A stretch of 64,000 bases of DNA. Origin: an uncultured virus (IMG/VR IMGVR_UViG_3300017642_000062) (Duplodnaviria > Heunggongvirae > Uroviricota > Caudoviricetes). The stretch lies in the IMG/VR virus record IMGVR_UViG_3300017642_000062; one strand, 5' to 3'. The notes beneath the pieces were generated by a model, which ran no database searches, was not told where the DNA came from, and was given only the letters and a program-made list of their open reading frames with translations. Both the position numbers and the translations under genes were made by a program. Positions 6,892-16,900 of the stretch are shown piece by piece; within the stretch, counting starts at the first letter, position 1; every line of letters begins with the position of its first letter.

Positions 6892-9597
6892 TCAGGGAAC
6901 GAAAAGGAGCCGCGCCCCGATGCTGCTGCTCGCGATGCTCGAAGAGTAGTCCGCGCTGAAGTAAAACAGACCGGCATACGAGCCGTTACCGTAGTTACCG
7001 CCCACCATGAGCACCCGCCAGCCGGTGCTCGAGTTGACGGAGTCCGCGAGATAGGTAGTCTCGCTGCCGCCTACGGCGGTCGGTAGAAACGCCCACGGGA
7101 ATGTACCGCTCATGCCGAGCTTGGTGATCCAGCCATCGGTGGTTAGCGTGATACCTGCCGCCGTGTAATTGCTGGACGTATCGTCTGCATAATTGGCTGG
7201 TGTAGTGCAAATATAGGAAACTCGTTCGCTAAAGTTTGCTCCGTCGATCCACTCCCACACATTGCCCCACGGATTTTCAATGTGCCGGTACTGTACCTGC
7301 GTGGAACCGTCCGTGCCGGATGCACGGCCGGTGTGGTAGGTCATGCTGTCGGTGCCGCCGTTGTTCTGAACGCTGCCGCTGTCCACGTTGCCGCGGCCGA
7401 TCTCCGTCTGACTGTTCCAATCGGCGAACTCCACCAGATACAGAAGCCAGACGGCGCACCATGACGCGAAGTCGTGCAGGCACCACTTGCTTCCTTTTGC
7501 CGTTGAGTTCGACCGGGCCGTTGACCGCGTCATATTTACCTGCGGGGACGATCCTGATTTTGAGTAGTAGCCGGAGATTGTGTTGTATCGCCCGACGTAA
7601 CGCCCGCTGCCAGGATGCTTGGAAAAGCCTGTCTTGGCCTTATCCGCGACATAGAAATACCGCTTACTGTTGGTGGCGTCATCCACGATCTTGAAGTAAT
7701 ACTCCGGAATGAGCACCATCGTGTCGTAGTTGGTTCTTGAGAAGTTGCTGCTGCCCTTCTTATAGCTGACCGCGTTGCTGATGATGTTATACTCGTCCAT
7801 GCCAGACCACGGCGCATAGGAATCGAAGGGGGAGCTGCCGGAGCCGGTGCCAACTGCCGCGCTCGGCTCGGTGGTGATGTTGACGTTGACCAGACCATTC
7901 GGATCGTTAGTCTTGGTCAGGCGAGAAAGCGCGGTGGAGGTGTTCGCGTAATTCCAAACCACGCCGAACACCTTGACGTAGGAAAGCTCCAAGCTGTACC
8001 CGGAATAGGAACTGCAGGAAGCAGACCCGGACGCTGTTTCTCCGCTCAGCGTGGCCGTGACATCCCATGTGCCGGTGCTGGGCAAGTAAAACTTTGCCGT
8101 CCCGGTGCTGGTGGCGGTCAGGCTGACGCCGCTCTTGGTGACGGTCACGACGGACCCGCTGTCAATGGTGACGGTCAGGGTACAGAAAGTGACCGTTGCC
8201 GTATAGCTGCCGCCGCTGGTGGCCACGCTGACCGTGGTCGTGGAGGATATGGCATCGCTCTTGACTGCCGACACCGTGTAGGTGCCGGAGTAGCGAAGTG
8301 TCAGCGCGCATTTGCCATTGCTGGCACAGGTTCCGGTGTAGGTGTGCGTTCCATCGGTGGCCGTGACAACCGCACCGCTCTCTGCCGTCACCGTCAGGGT
8401 GGCGGAGAAATAGGAGAGCGTCACCGCATACTGTTTCACGCTGTCCACGGCGATCACCTCAGCTGTGGAGGTCTGCCCGGATAGCGTCGCCTGAAGCGTC
8501 CAGTTGCCATAGCTCGGGATGTCGAAGGTGGCCTTGCCTCCCGCAGCCGTGGCCGTGAGCGTTGTGGTGCCGTCCGTGCAGGTGACCGCCGAGCCGGTTG
8601 TCACCGTCGCCACGATCTGCGGATAGACCGGCTTGCTGCCGGTCGCGCCCCATGTGTAGACGCCGGTGGACGTGTTGGCCGCTGTGCAGATGAAGGTGTC
8701 ACCGCTGGCGGTGTTGAGGTACATTTGCCCGACCGCGCCGGCCGTGGAGCTGGTGGGGTCGGTGGTGCCGGTAAGCGTCTTGCTTCCGCTTACGGCGTCG
8801 CCCAAGTCGGCAACGTCCTGGCTCATTGTGTCCAGCGCGGTATCGAGGCTGCCGCCGTTGTAGGTGAGGTCGGCTGCGTCGCTTGCTCCGGACAGCTTCC
8901 ATTGATATTTCCCGCTGGAGTCCTTGCCCGAGCAGACGTATTCCTTGCCCGTAGAGCTATCGTAATAGTGCTGCCCGGCAACGCCAATGGTTGCGGTCGT
9001 AGGCGCGCCTGCGCCCGTTGCAAGGGGCAATCCGTAGTCCGTTCCGGCTGTTGCCGGGGTGATATTTCCGGCGCCGTCGCCTTTCAGCAGTCCGGACACC
9101 ATAATTTTGTCCTGCTTGTCGGCCACGGCGGTAGTGATGGCCGCGGTCATAGTGGTCATGCTCACGACCGCGCTCGTGTCGATGGTCACCGTAAACGTGC
9201 CGGTGTTGTCCATGGCCACGATGCCATAGAAGGTATAAACAAAGTCCGGAGAATCGGCGTAGCTTGGGATTGGTACGCCCTCCTCGTTCTGGAACAGCGC
9301 CAGCAGCGTTGATGTGCCGCTTCCAAGTTTTGCCCACACGCCGAACTGATTCAGAGTATAACCTGCCTGCGGCGCGGCAATTTGAATCCTGATTTTTACG
9401 CCATTTGTAACCTTCTCATAGCCGGTGACACTGGACGTCTGTTTCTGGTTTACAAGAGCCGTCTGAGCCAGAAGCGCCGCAGCCGCTACTGTACCGGTAC
9501 CGGAAGTAGCGCCGGTGAAATTCAGTGTCGTTCCGGCGATCCAGCTGGAGAGAAGCGCGCTGCCCCCGTTGGTAACAACGCCAGTCCATTTTCCCAT
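6892..9597 (-). CDS. Tail fibre / receptor-binding protein with C-type-lectin (FGE-like) C-terminus; DGR target
   Basis: Follows baseplate I; Thr-rich beta repeats; ENPWGNVWEWIDG and GG..W/Y...IGARL CLec motifs; contains VR. Confidence 0.93.
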   Translation of the reverse strand: MGKWTGVVTNGGSALLSSWIAGTTLNFTGATSGTGTVAAAALLAQTALVNQKQTSSVTGYEKVTNGVKIRIQIAAPQAGYTLNQFGVWAKLGSGTSTLLALFQNEEGVPIPSYADSPDFVYTFYGIVAMDNTGTFTVTIDTSAVVSMTTMTAAITTAVADKQDKIMVSGLLKGDGAGNITPATAGTDYGLPLATGAGAPTTATIGVAGQHYYDSSTGKEYVCSGKDSSGKYQWKLSGASDAADLTYNGGSLDTALDTMSQDVADLGDAVSGSKTLTGTTDPTSSTAGAVGQMYLNTASGDTFICTAANTSTGVYTWGATGSKPVYPQIVATVTTGSAVTCTDGTTTLTATAAGGKATFDIPSYGNWTLQATLSGQTSTAEVIAVDSVKQYAVTLSYFSATLTVTAESGAVVTATDGTHTYTGTCASNGKCALTLRYSGTYTVSAVKSDAISSTTTVSVATSGGSYTATVTFCTLTVTIDSGSVVTVTKSGVSLTATSTGTAKFYLPSTGTWDVTATLSGETASGSASCSSYSGYSLELSYVKVFGVVWNYANTSTALSRLTKTNDPNGLVNVNITTEPSAAVGTGSGSSPFDSYAPWSGMDEYNIISNAVSYKKGSSNFSRTNYDTMVLIPEYYFKIVDDATNSKRYFYVADKAKTGFSKHPGSGRYVGRYNTISGYYSKSGSSPQVNMTRSTARSNSTAKGSKWCLHDFASWCAVWLLYLVEFADWNSQTEIGRGNVDSGSVQNNGGTDSMTYHTGRASGTDGSTQVQYRHIENPWGNVWEWIDGANFSERVSYICTTPANYADDTSSNYTAAGITLTTDGWITKLGMSGTFPWAFLPTAVGGSETTYLADSVNSSTGWRVLMVGGNYGNGSYAGLFYFSADYSSSIASSSIGARLLFVP
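6904..7040 (-). repeat. DGR variable repeat (VR) in tail-fibre C-terminus
   Basis: Encodes VNSSTGWRVLMVGGNYGNGSYAGLFYFSADYSSSIASSSIGARLL versus TR VNSNTG...GSNAGLFYFNANNSSSNANSNIGARLL. Confidence 0.97.
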
Positions 9598-9614
9598 GTG
9601 ATAAGCACCTCCAA

Positions 9615-10202
9615 TTAGTAGCGTTCCGCCGTGGCTCCGTCAATGATGGAGCAGCCGGCATATGCGGCATTGGCGTAGGCGGTCGCTGTGCCGCCGGTAT
9701 CGAAATACTCTACCTCATCCAAAACTGAACGAAGGTTTTTATAAAATTCCACCTTCGAGAGAACCCGCGCGTGCTTCTGAGGATCTACGTTCTCGTAGGT
9801 CGCATCGATCAGAAGCTTGAAGTGATACGGATCTCCGGCGTATTCAAACCATTCTTTTACCTGCGTGTCCGGATAGATAGCGGATATTGCGGTTTCAACA
9901 GCAGCCTTCGTTCCGAGCATTCGATGGACTTTCCAGCTCTCCTTCAGTGTGGCGCGTTTTTCCGCAAGCGTATAATTGGCGTCCCACCAGTCAACCTTGA
10001 AGTCGTAAGCCAGAATATCCAGAAGATCGCCTGGCAGCTCATCGATGCGAGCGTAAACCAGAATACTGTTAATTTCCGATACGCGGTTGGCAAGCACATT
10101 CGAAATAGAGCTGGCAAGGGCGTTCATGCTGTCGTCATTGCGCAGAATGTCCGGCAGAGAGAGCATCAGATTTTCGGCAGTGATACCGTGCTGACTATTC
10201 AT
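9615..10202 (-). CDS. P2 gpI-like baseplate wedge / tail protein
   Basis: LDILAYDFKVDWWD...HRMLGTKAAV...EWFEYAGDPYHF. Confidence 0.88.
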   Translation of the reverse strand: MNSQHGITAENLMLSLPDILRNDDSMNALASSISNVLANRVSEINSILVYARIDELPGDLLDILAYDFKVDWWDANYTLAEKRATLKESWKVHRMLGTKAAVETAISAIYPDTQVKEWFEYAGDPYHFKLLIDATYENVDPQKHARVLSKVEFYKNLRSVLDEVEYFDTGGTATAYANAAYAGCSIIDGATAERY

Positions 10203-11331
10203 CCTCATACCCTCCGTCCGTGGCTGTAATGGTGCCGACCTCCGCGACCTGCGGCACGGTGTTGTCCCGTCCATCCCGCAGAGCTGTGTAGACTGGACTT
10301 GTCAGAACCACCCGCTTGATGCCGGTCTGCATCAGCAGTCCGATCAGGTAAGATGGATTGATGTCCCGACCCAGCCGGCCGCATTGCCACGCTACATACT
10401 TTTGCACGGCGGCGTTGACCGCCGACTGAATGTCGGTGGAGCTGAGGGACGTGTCCCGGGGGATGTAGTAGGTGAATGTGATGTTGTAGCTTGCTGTTGC
10501 CGGATCTTGGACGGCCACGTCATCGGTCAGCGGCCGGACGGTGTCCGCACTGCAGGCGGCAAGCACCGCATTTTTCATTTCCGTGGTGGCGATTGTGCCA
10601 TCGTCCATCAGGACGTACAGATTGACCTTGCCGGCGCTGGGCCGGTTGGCCACCACATCGGAGATTTCCGTGGATACCTGCTTGGCAAAGTAGATATAGC
10701 CGCCTGTGGCTCCGGCGCAGCTATACCCGTCCATGCTGGCGCGCATCAGTTCGTAGTATTCATCATCCGACGCCTCATCGGCGCCGTCGTCGCTGGCGGT
10801 AGTATTTTCGCAGTGGTCGTAATAGTCGAACAGGTCAACAATGGTGTTGAGCTGCCCTGCAGCATAACCGTTGCCGACGGTACCGGAAGTCTGGCAGCGC
10901 ACCGCTACATCGGCGTAGGTGCTCCCGATGGCAATGTACGCATCTGCGGTTGTCTCCCAGATAAGCGTGCTGCTGGCATCTGTTACGCGCGTGCCAGCCG
11001 GAATCAAAACGGCGGCTGTCTGAGCCTGAGAAATATAGAATCGCTCCGTGCAAACCGCCGGCTGCGCAGCAGGGCGCTGAGTAACATAGAACAGTTCTCC
11101 GAGCGCATCCAGATTTTCGCCTTCCGCCCTGCTCGGGAGGTTTTGATTCCCTGTGAAATTATTCAGGACTCTTTCTTGAAGAACGACAGCCGCTACCCAT
11201 TGGATGAAAAGTTTTTCCGGACTCGCAGGCTTTACGCTGACGCCGGTGATCTTTTCATAGCCGGAAACCAGCAGTGCTTCCAACGATTCAGTATCCGTAC
11301 TGACGAACTGATATTCTGTGTTTCTACTCAT
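10195..11331 (-). CDS. Baseplate J/gp47 protein
   Basis: AEGENLDALG, SCAGATGGY, VRPLTDDV motifs. Confidence 0.92.
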   Translation of the reverse strand: MSRNTEYQFVSTDTESLEALLVSGYEKITGVSVKPASPEKLFIQWVAAVVLQERVLNNFTGNQNLPSRAEGENLDALGELFYVTQRPAAQPAVCTERFYISQAQTAAVLIPAGTRVTDASSTLIWETTADAYIAIGSTYADVAVRCQTSGTVGNGYAAGQLNTIVDLFDYYDHCENTTASDDGADEASDDEYYELMRASMDGYSCAGATGGYIYFAKQVSTEISDVVANRPSAGKVNLYVLMDDGTIATTEMKNAVLAACSADTVRPLTDDVAVQDPATASYNITFTYYIPRDTSLSSTDIQSAVNAAVQKYVAWQCGRLGRDINPSYLIGLLMQTGIKRVVLTSPVYTALRDGRDNTVPQVAEVGTITATDGGYEDE

Positions 11332-11644
11332 TGATGATTTCCACCTCCACAGTTGGCATCAGGTATCCGGGAGCGTCAGGATTCTCCTCGAATGTGATGT
11401 CAATAACTTCAACCCGAGGTTCGTACTCTTCTACCGCTTCTTTGACGTCCGCGTAAAGCATAGGCTTTGCGACCGGGATCGGCTTATCAACGAATCTCTG
11501 AGATAGACCAAACCCACGGTAAAGCGGAACCGTCCCCTGCCTGGTGGCCAGAATGATAGCGACGTTCTGCAGGACTGACTCCGTGGTGTCCGCCTCGTTG
11601 AGCTTTATGGAACTTAGATCATTTGCGCTGACTTTATAGCTCAT
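11324..11644 (-). CDS. Baseplate wedge gpW/gp25-like
   Basis: VLQNVAIILATRQGTVPLYRGFG...YEPRV. Confidence 0.88.
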   Translation of the reverse strand: MSYKVSANDLSSIKLNEADTTESVLQNVAIILATRQGTVPLYRGFGLSQRFVDKPIPVAKPMLYADVKEAVEEYEPRVEVIDITFEENPDAPGYLMPTVEVEIINE

Positions 11645-11657
11645 GCTTTGCGTCACC

Positions 11658-12056
11658 TCATTTCAGGTATTCCAGCAAATCGACGGATACCGCGGCGCCT
11701 GTCAGGTTGCCGAGCCCGTCATAGGTCTGCATATTTATTTTGTGTTTCTTCACTGTCCAGCGATATTTTCCGTAACCCTTATTCCCGATGGTAAGCGGAA
11801 CCGCGGTACCGTTTCGCTCGTACTGCCACAACTTTACGATAGCGGTCATAGGATTGACTCCAAGATATGCGGACAGAGTAATGTCGAATGAAAATGTATC
11901 CGGATCGATGCCGGTAAACTCCGTAAGAGCGTTTGTGAGGTGGCGTTGGTGCTCACCGTATCGAGCGGAGCCGGACCATACCGCGTTGTCGATTGTTTGG
12001 ATCGCGTCAGACGACACGATGAAGGGGATATCCCCAAGGCATCCGATTTGCGCCAT
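11658..12056 (-). CDS. P2 GpU-like tail protein
   Basis: IGCLGDIPF...EFTGID...VDLLEY. Confidence 0.85.
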   Translation of the reverse strand: MAQIGCLGDIPFIVSSDAIQTIDNAVWSGSARYGEHQRHLTNALTEFTGIDPDTFSFDITLSAYLGVNPMTAIVKLWQYERNGTAVPLTIGNKGYGKYRWTVKKHKINMQTYDGLGNLTGAAVSVDLLEYLK

Positions 12057-12057
12057 T

Positions 12058-12405
12058 TTAGATCCCTCCCAGAACGAAGCCGTCAGAGTTCTCCACGGGG
12101 AGATAGAGCACCAACACCGTATCATTGATTTTCGGCATCCAATAAGTCAGGTGAGATCCCGGGAGATGGTCGTGCGCTGGTAACGTGCTGGCCGCTCCTC
12201 CGCCCGTGAATGTGTCCGTAATATCGTGGGTATGCTCTGCGTCAGGTTCGATATAAAGTCCCGCTGAGAAGTGTTGCAACACCTTCAGCGGGCCGGATGT
12301 GACGCCCGTGTCCTGAAACTTGACGCGGGCGGTGCGTTTCCCTCCGTCAACAGCGGTGACGGTTCCGATCTGCACAACCCGGGACAGAATGTTTTCAATA
12401 TCCAT
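12058..12405 (-). CDS. Baseplate spike gpV-like (N-terminal OB domain)
   Basis: IGTVTAVD...ARVKF...WMPKINDTVLVLY...GFVLG. Confidence 0.8.
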   Translation of the reverse strand: MDIENILSRVVQIGTVTAVDGGKRTARVKFQDTGVTSGPLKVLQHFSAGLYIEPDAEHTHDITDTFTGGGAASTLPAHDHLPGSHLTYWMPKINDTVLVLYLPVENSDGFVLGGI

Positions 12406-13733
12406 CAGTAACCCTCCAATACGCGGCGCAGCTTGATCTGGGTGGAATATCCGTTGTCGTCCACAGAATGCCTTGCCTGCTTGACGATATACTTCCCGTC
12501 AAACGCGCCCCAGTTCTTTAGAAGGACCGTGACGCCGGCGACGATGCCGGGATTCCCCGGTATCGTAAAGGAGGCTGTTTTCTCGTACTTGTTGTGCAGC
12601 CGCAGACGCTTTTCGGCCAGAGTTTTCGCTTCCGCGATGCTGTTGACCTTCGCTGTGATTTCCAATTGCTGATTGTTTTTAGAGTCCGCCTTGTAATCCT
12701 CCACATAAGCGATAGCCTCTATGCACTTCCCGGTAGCTGGATTGACGTAGCTGACGCGGCAGGATGAATACTGCGTATCTGCCGTGCCGACGTCAAGGCC
12801 ATACTTGGTATAACCTCCGCCGCCGCGCTTAATTGTCAGGACGGCTCCTTTGGATTCATAAGACGCCTGGTCGAACAGCACGAGAATGTTGTTGGTGGCT
12901 TTGAGCGAAATCCCGGCATTGTGGCAGAGCTTAGATAAAAAGTCTATGTCGCTTGATTTATACTGTTCTGCGCGATCGTAGTTTGGATCTGAAGCCGAAA
13001 GATACAGGCAGGTCATGCCGTTTGACGCTGCCATCTCCTTCGCAATTCCAGAGAGCTTATAGGATTCCCATGCCTTTGATTTTTTCGTTTGTCGTATTTG
13101 CGAGCTATAAGGAAGGGAACTCGCCTTGAGGGAAATTACAGCGGGGGGCCCTGACGCTTTGACGGTATCAAGTTCAAACTGACCACAGTTGAGCAGCTTA
13201 TCTTTTCCGTCGCCGTTCCAGTTTTCCCGCACGAATACGCATTGAATTTTCAGCCCGGTAGAGGACGCGGAAGCGGCGGAGGATGTTGCCCCTCCGCCGC
13301 CGGATTCCTTGATATAGTTCGCGCTGACATAGCCGGTTTTCCCGCCGTAGCTTATGGTCGCCCATCCGTTGCTTACAGATGATACTTTTACGGTTGATCC
13401 ATATGCCAGCGCTCCAAGTTTCCCGTAGCCTGTACCCGGTCCGGAGCGGACATTTAGTCCGCTTTTGGCCGTGACCTCATAGCTCTTTGTCGTGGAGGAA
13501 GACGCAGCGGGGGCGGCCGCCTTTGACGCAGCCGCTTGGATTGCGTCGTTCAGCCACTTACAAAGCCAGATATTTTCCCTGTCCTGCAGCTGAATCTGAA
13601 GGTCGTCCGTTTCGTCCTCTTCGTTGTCGATGTACGTTGCCGATAGAAAATAGGGCAGAATGGAGGATGTAATACTGACGCCGTCAAAGGCGATCTCCGC
13701 CGTTGTGCGTCGAGCCTGATTTTTATCGCTCAT
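12405..13733 (-). CDS. Baseplate hub / late control gpD-like protein with inserted SH3b domain
   Basis: GPD motifs (DDLQIQL, QYKSSDIDFLSKLC, IPGNPGIVAG) interrupted by LNVRSGPGTGY...GWATISYGGKTGYVSANY. Confidence 0.88.
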   Translation of the reverse strand: MSDKNQARRTTAEIAFDGVSITSSILPYFLSATYIDNEEDETDDLQIQLQDRENIWLCKWLNDAIQAAASKAAAPAASSSTTKSYEVTAKSGLNVRSGPGTGYGKLGALAYGSTVKVSSVSNGWATISYGGKTGYVSANYIKESGGGGATSSAASASSTGLKIQCVFVRENWNGDGKDKLLNCGQFELDTVKASGPPAVISLKASSLPYSSQIRQTKKSKAWESYKLSGIAKEMAASNGMTCLYLSASDPNYDRAEQYKSSDIDFLSKLCHNAGISLKATNNILVLFDQASYESKGAVLTIKRGGGGYTKYGLDVGTADTQYSSCRVSYVNPATGKCIEAIAYVEDYKADSKNNQQLEITAKVNSIAEAKTLAEKRLRLHNKYEKTASFTIPGNPGIVAGVTVLLKNWGAFDGKYIVKQARHSVDDNGYSTQIKLRRVLEGY

Positions 13734-13942
13734 CCAACCACCTGCTTCCACGGTGGGAGTGCGCCTTCAACGTCATCGGTTTGGTCTGGAAGCGTCAAAA
13801 CAATTCCAGCCGGGAACGTGTAAAATTCACGGTACTTCTGGTTGAGATTCATAAGCTTATCGGCATAAGACACACTTCCAAGCTGTGAGAAGGCTATGCC
13901 ATCCCACATATCGCCCTGAATTGTTGTATAGGTTTTGCTCAT
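13730..13942 (-). CDS. Tail protein X (LysM-like)
   Basis: YTTIQGDMWDGIA...LPPWK. Confidence 0.9.
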   Translation of the reverse strand: MSKTYTTIQGDMWDGIAFSQLGSVSYADKLMNLNQKYREFYTFPAGIVLTLPDQTDDVEGALPPWKQVVG

Positions 13943-16900
13943 CTGTATGCCCTCCTCGCGGCGTCAATATTGGCGTCCTCCACAACCTGAAGAACCATTT
14001 GCGAGAACTCATTTCCGTATTTTCTCAGTTCCTCCACAACGCTCGGAGATGCATTCCCGCTGATTTGAAAAACCACCTGAATCGGAGGAAGGGAGCTTGA
14101 CCCGCCGGATTCTCCTCCACGTCCTGCGTCAGCAGATGCGGAATTTGCTCCTCGCATGGCGGCCATGTATTCAAGAAGCCGAGGCGAGAACGCGACAGCC
14201 TGCAGATCGGAAGCCGAATAACCGTTCTTGGCGGCTTCGGTCTCCTCCGCCGTCATTACCTGCTCTCCTCCGTTGAAGTAGACCAGCTCCGGGCCGTTTT
14301 CTCCAACAAGAGCAAAGCCGGGGGCGGCTGACTGAGTGCCAACTGCGTAACCGGGAATCTCGCCGGCCGTTCCTCCGGCGCCTGTAGACAATGCGTTCTT
14401 TGCCGCCTGTGCGACGCGCGCATAAGCTGCCTGTACTTGCGGGAGCAATCCGGTCGCACCGTTGATAAACCCTTGAATCGTAGCCTTTCCGCTATCGGCT
14501 GCTTCCGCGCCGAGATCCATAGCGTCGATATCGGAGGCCAGCTCCTTTTGGAGCTCGTTCATCGTAGTGGTAAAATCGGTTTTCAAGTCAGCGATACTGC
14601 CGGACGCGTTACTTTGCTCCGTCTGCAGCGCCTTCCAGTTATCGACCATCGCCCGAAGCTGCTCATCACTGGCGCCGGCCATGCCCGCAATCGCGTTCAC
14701 GCTGTCGGCGCTGCCGTCTGCAAAGGACGCGATGACGTCGCTCAAGCCGGCGATATCGGCGCTTCGGTCGGACAGCGCCTGCAGGTTTGCGTTGTAGTTC
14801 TGCCAATACGTTACCTGACTTTCCAACGCCGCGTTAATGCTTCCGGCGCTTGTTGCAACGACCTTGTCAGCTTCATCCCACAGGTCGTATTGTCCGGACA
14901 CGCTCTCATAAGCGGCGTCGTATGCCTTGGCGTATGCGTCGGAAAGCTGCGTCATCTGAGAGGTGACATCTGCTATTACCGCCTGCAGATCCTTTTCCTG
15001 CTGGGCAGACTCCGCGGTTGCGTCAGCACCTTCTCCGGTCGCTTCCATCAGATTATTTACTGCTTCGGTCGCAAGGTCGATTTGCTCTTTGGCTTCCTCG
15101 GTTGATTCCTTGTCCTCGTCGATGGCCTTCTGATAGTTCTTCGCAGACTTCTCAGCAGTATAGATTTCGTCATTTACGTCATACAGGGAGTTCTCGAGGT
15201 CGTAATACTCTTGAGTAAGGAAGTTGGTAGCGTCAGTCATGCCGCTGTATTCCTTGTTGTACTCTGCTGCTTTTGTCGCAGCTTCGGCATACAGGGAATC
15301 CATCTTATTGACGGTATCGCTATACTTCTGATTTGCCGCATCAAGGTCGTATTGCGCCTTTGTAAGGCCGATGCTATTTTCTTCCGCCTCAACCAGTACC
15401 GCGGAATAGCTCTTGTATAGTTCCGTGAGCTGGTCTTGGTATGCCTGCTGCATGGCGTTTTGCTTCCACGCCTCGGTATTGGCGCGCAGAGCGTCCGTTC
15501 CTCCGGTGATGGTATCGGTCTCGAGGTCGATGCTGTCAGCAAGCTCTGGGACGACCTGGCACAGCAGCGCGAGTGTGTTGTGATATTGCTTGTGTTCCTC
15601 GTTTGTATTGATGCCGGCAGCCTGCATTTCTTCCAGCTTGTCAATGTAGGTGTCCGCAACATTGTAGGCCGCAAGCGTTGCAGTGACGGTATCGTTGTAG
15701 GTGTCGGTCGCCGTGTCCATGGTTTCCGACATGGCGCGGGATGCCTCGGTAAGCTCCTTCACGGATGGGATGCCCTCATTCGCCGCAGACACAAGAGCGA
15801 CAATGCCGGCCGTTATTCCAGCAATTGCTCCCGTAACAGCAAGGATCGGCCAAAGCGCAGCGCCGGTCACAGTCGCGAATGCTGCTGAAAAGGCAATGGC
15901 TACCTTTGCGGCCACGGTGTAGGCAGCAAGCGCGGCGATGACGGTTCCGAGAACTGCGAAAAATGCTCCGACGGCTTTTACCAGGGCGGGGTTCTCCTCA
16001 ACGAAGCTCGTGAGCCCCTTCAGAACATCTTTCTCGACGGCATACAGCTTTTGCAGAACAGGCGTGTAATTATCCCCGACCGCAATCTTGAGGTTGTTGT
16101 AGGCGTCCTTCATCATGGTCTGCTGGCTTGCCGTTGTTGCGTACCGCTTTCCGGCCTCTGTGGTCAGAGCGGTATTATCCGACCATGCCTGATTTGCGTC
16201 GGATATGGCGTTTGTCAGAAGGTCTCCCGAGTTGGACAGTGAGAGGATCGTTCGCTGCATCCTCGTTTCTGTAATACCGAGGTCGTTTAGGGTCACAATG
16301 GCGCTGGAGCCGATTCTGCTGGTATCGGAAAGACCCGTAACGAAGGAGGCAAGCGCTCCGGCCGCGTCCTCTCCCCACGCCTTAGAGAATTCGTCCGCGC
16401 TCATATTCGCGATGCGGGCATATTCATCAAGATCCTCGCCCGTTTCAACCGCTGTCATGAGCGTTGAGATCAGCGTGGAAATCGAGGTTGAGCCCATCTG
16501 CGTTTCAATGCCGAGGCTGGATACGGCAGCCGAAAGGCCGGCCATATCCGCCTCAGACATTCCGGCAAGGCTGCCGCTTGCGGCGATGCCCTGCGCCATC
16601 TCCGTGATGCGCTGCTCTGTTGTGGCGAAGTTGTTGCCGAGATCAACGATGGTACTGCCCAGCTCATCGTAATAACTCGGGTCCATCTGCGTGATATTGG
16701 CGAACTGCGCCAGCATGGTAGCCGCTTCGTCGGAGGTCATGTTGGTCGCGGTTCCGAGCTCTGCCATAACCGTTGAGAAATCCAAAAGGTCGTCCTTGGC
16801 GATGCCAAGCTGTCCTGCAGTTTCCGCAACGGCTCCGAGCTCACTTGTCGTTACCGGGATTTCGGTGGAAAGCTCTTTGATCGAGTCAGACATTGCGGAC

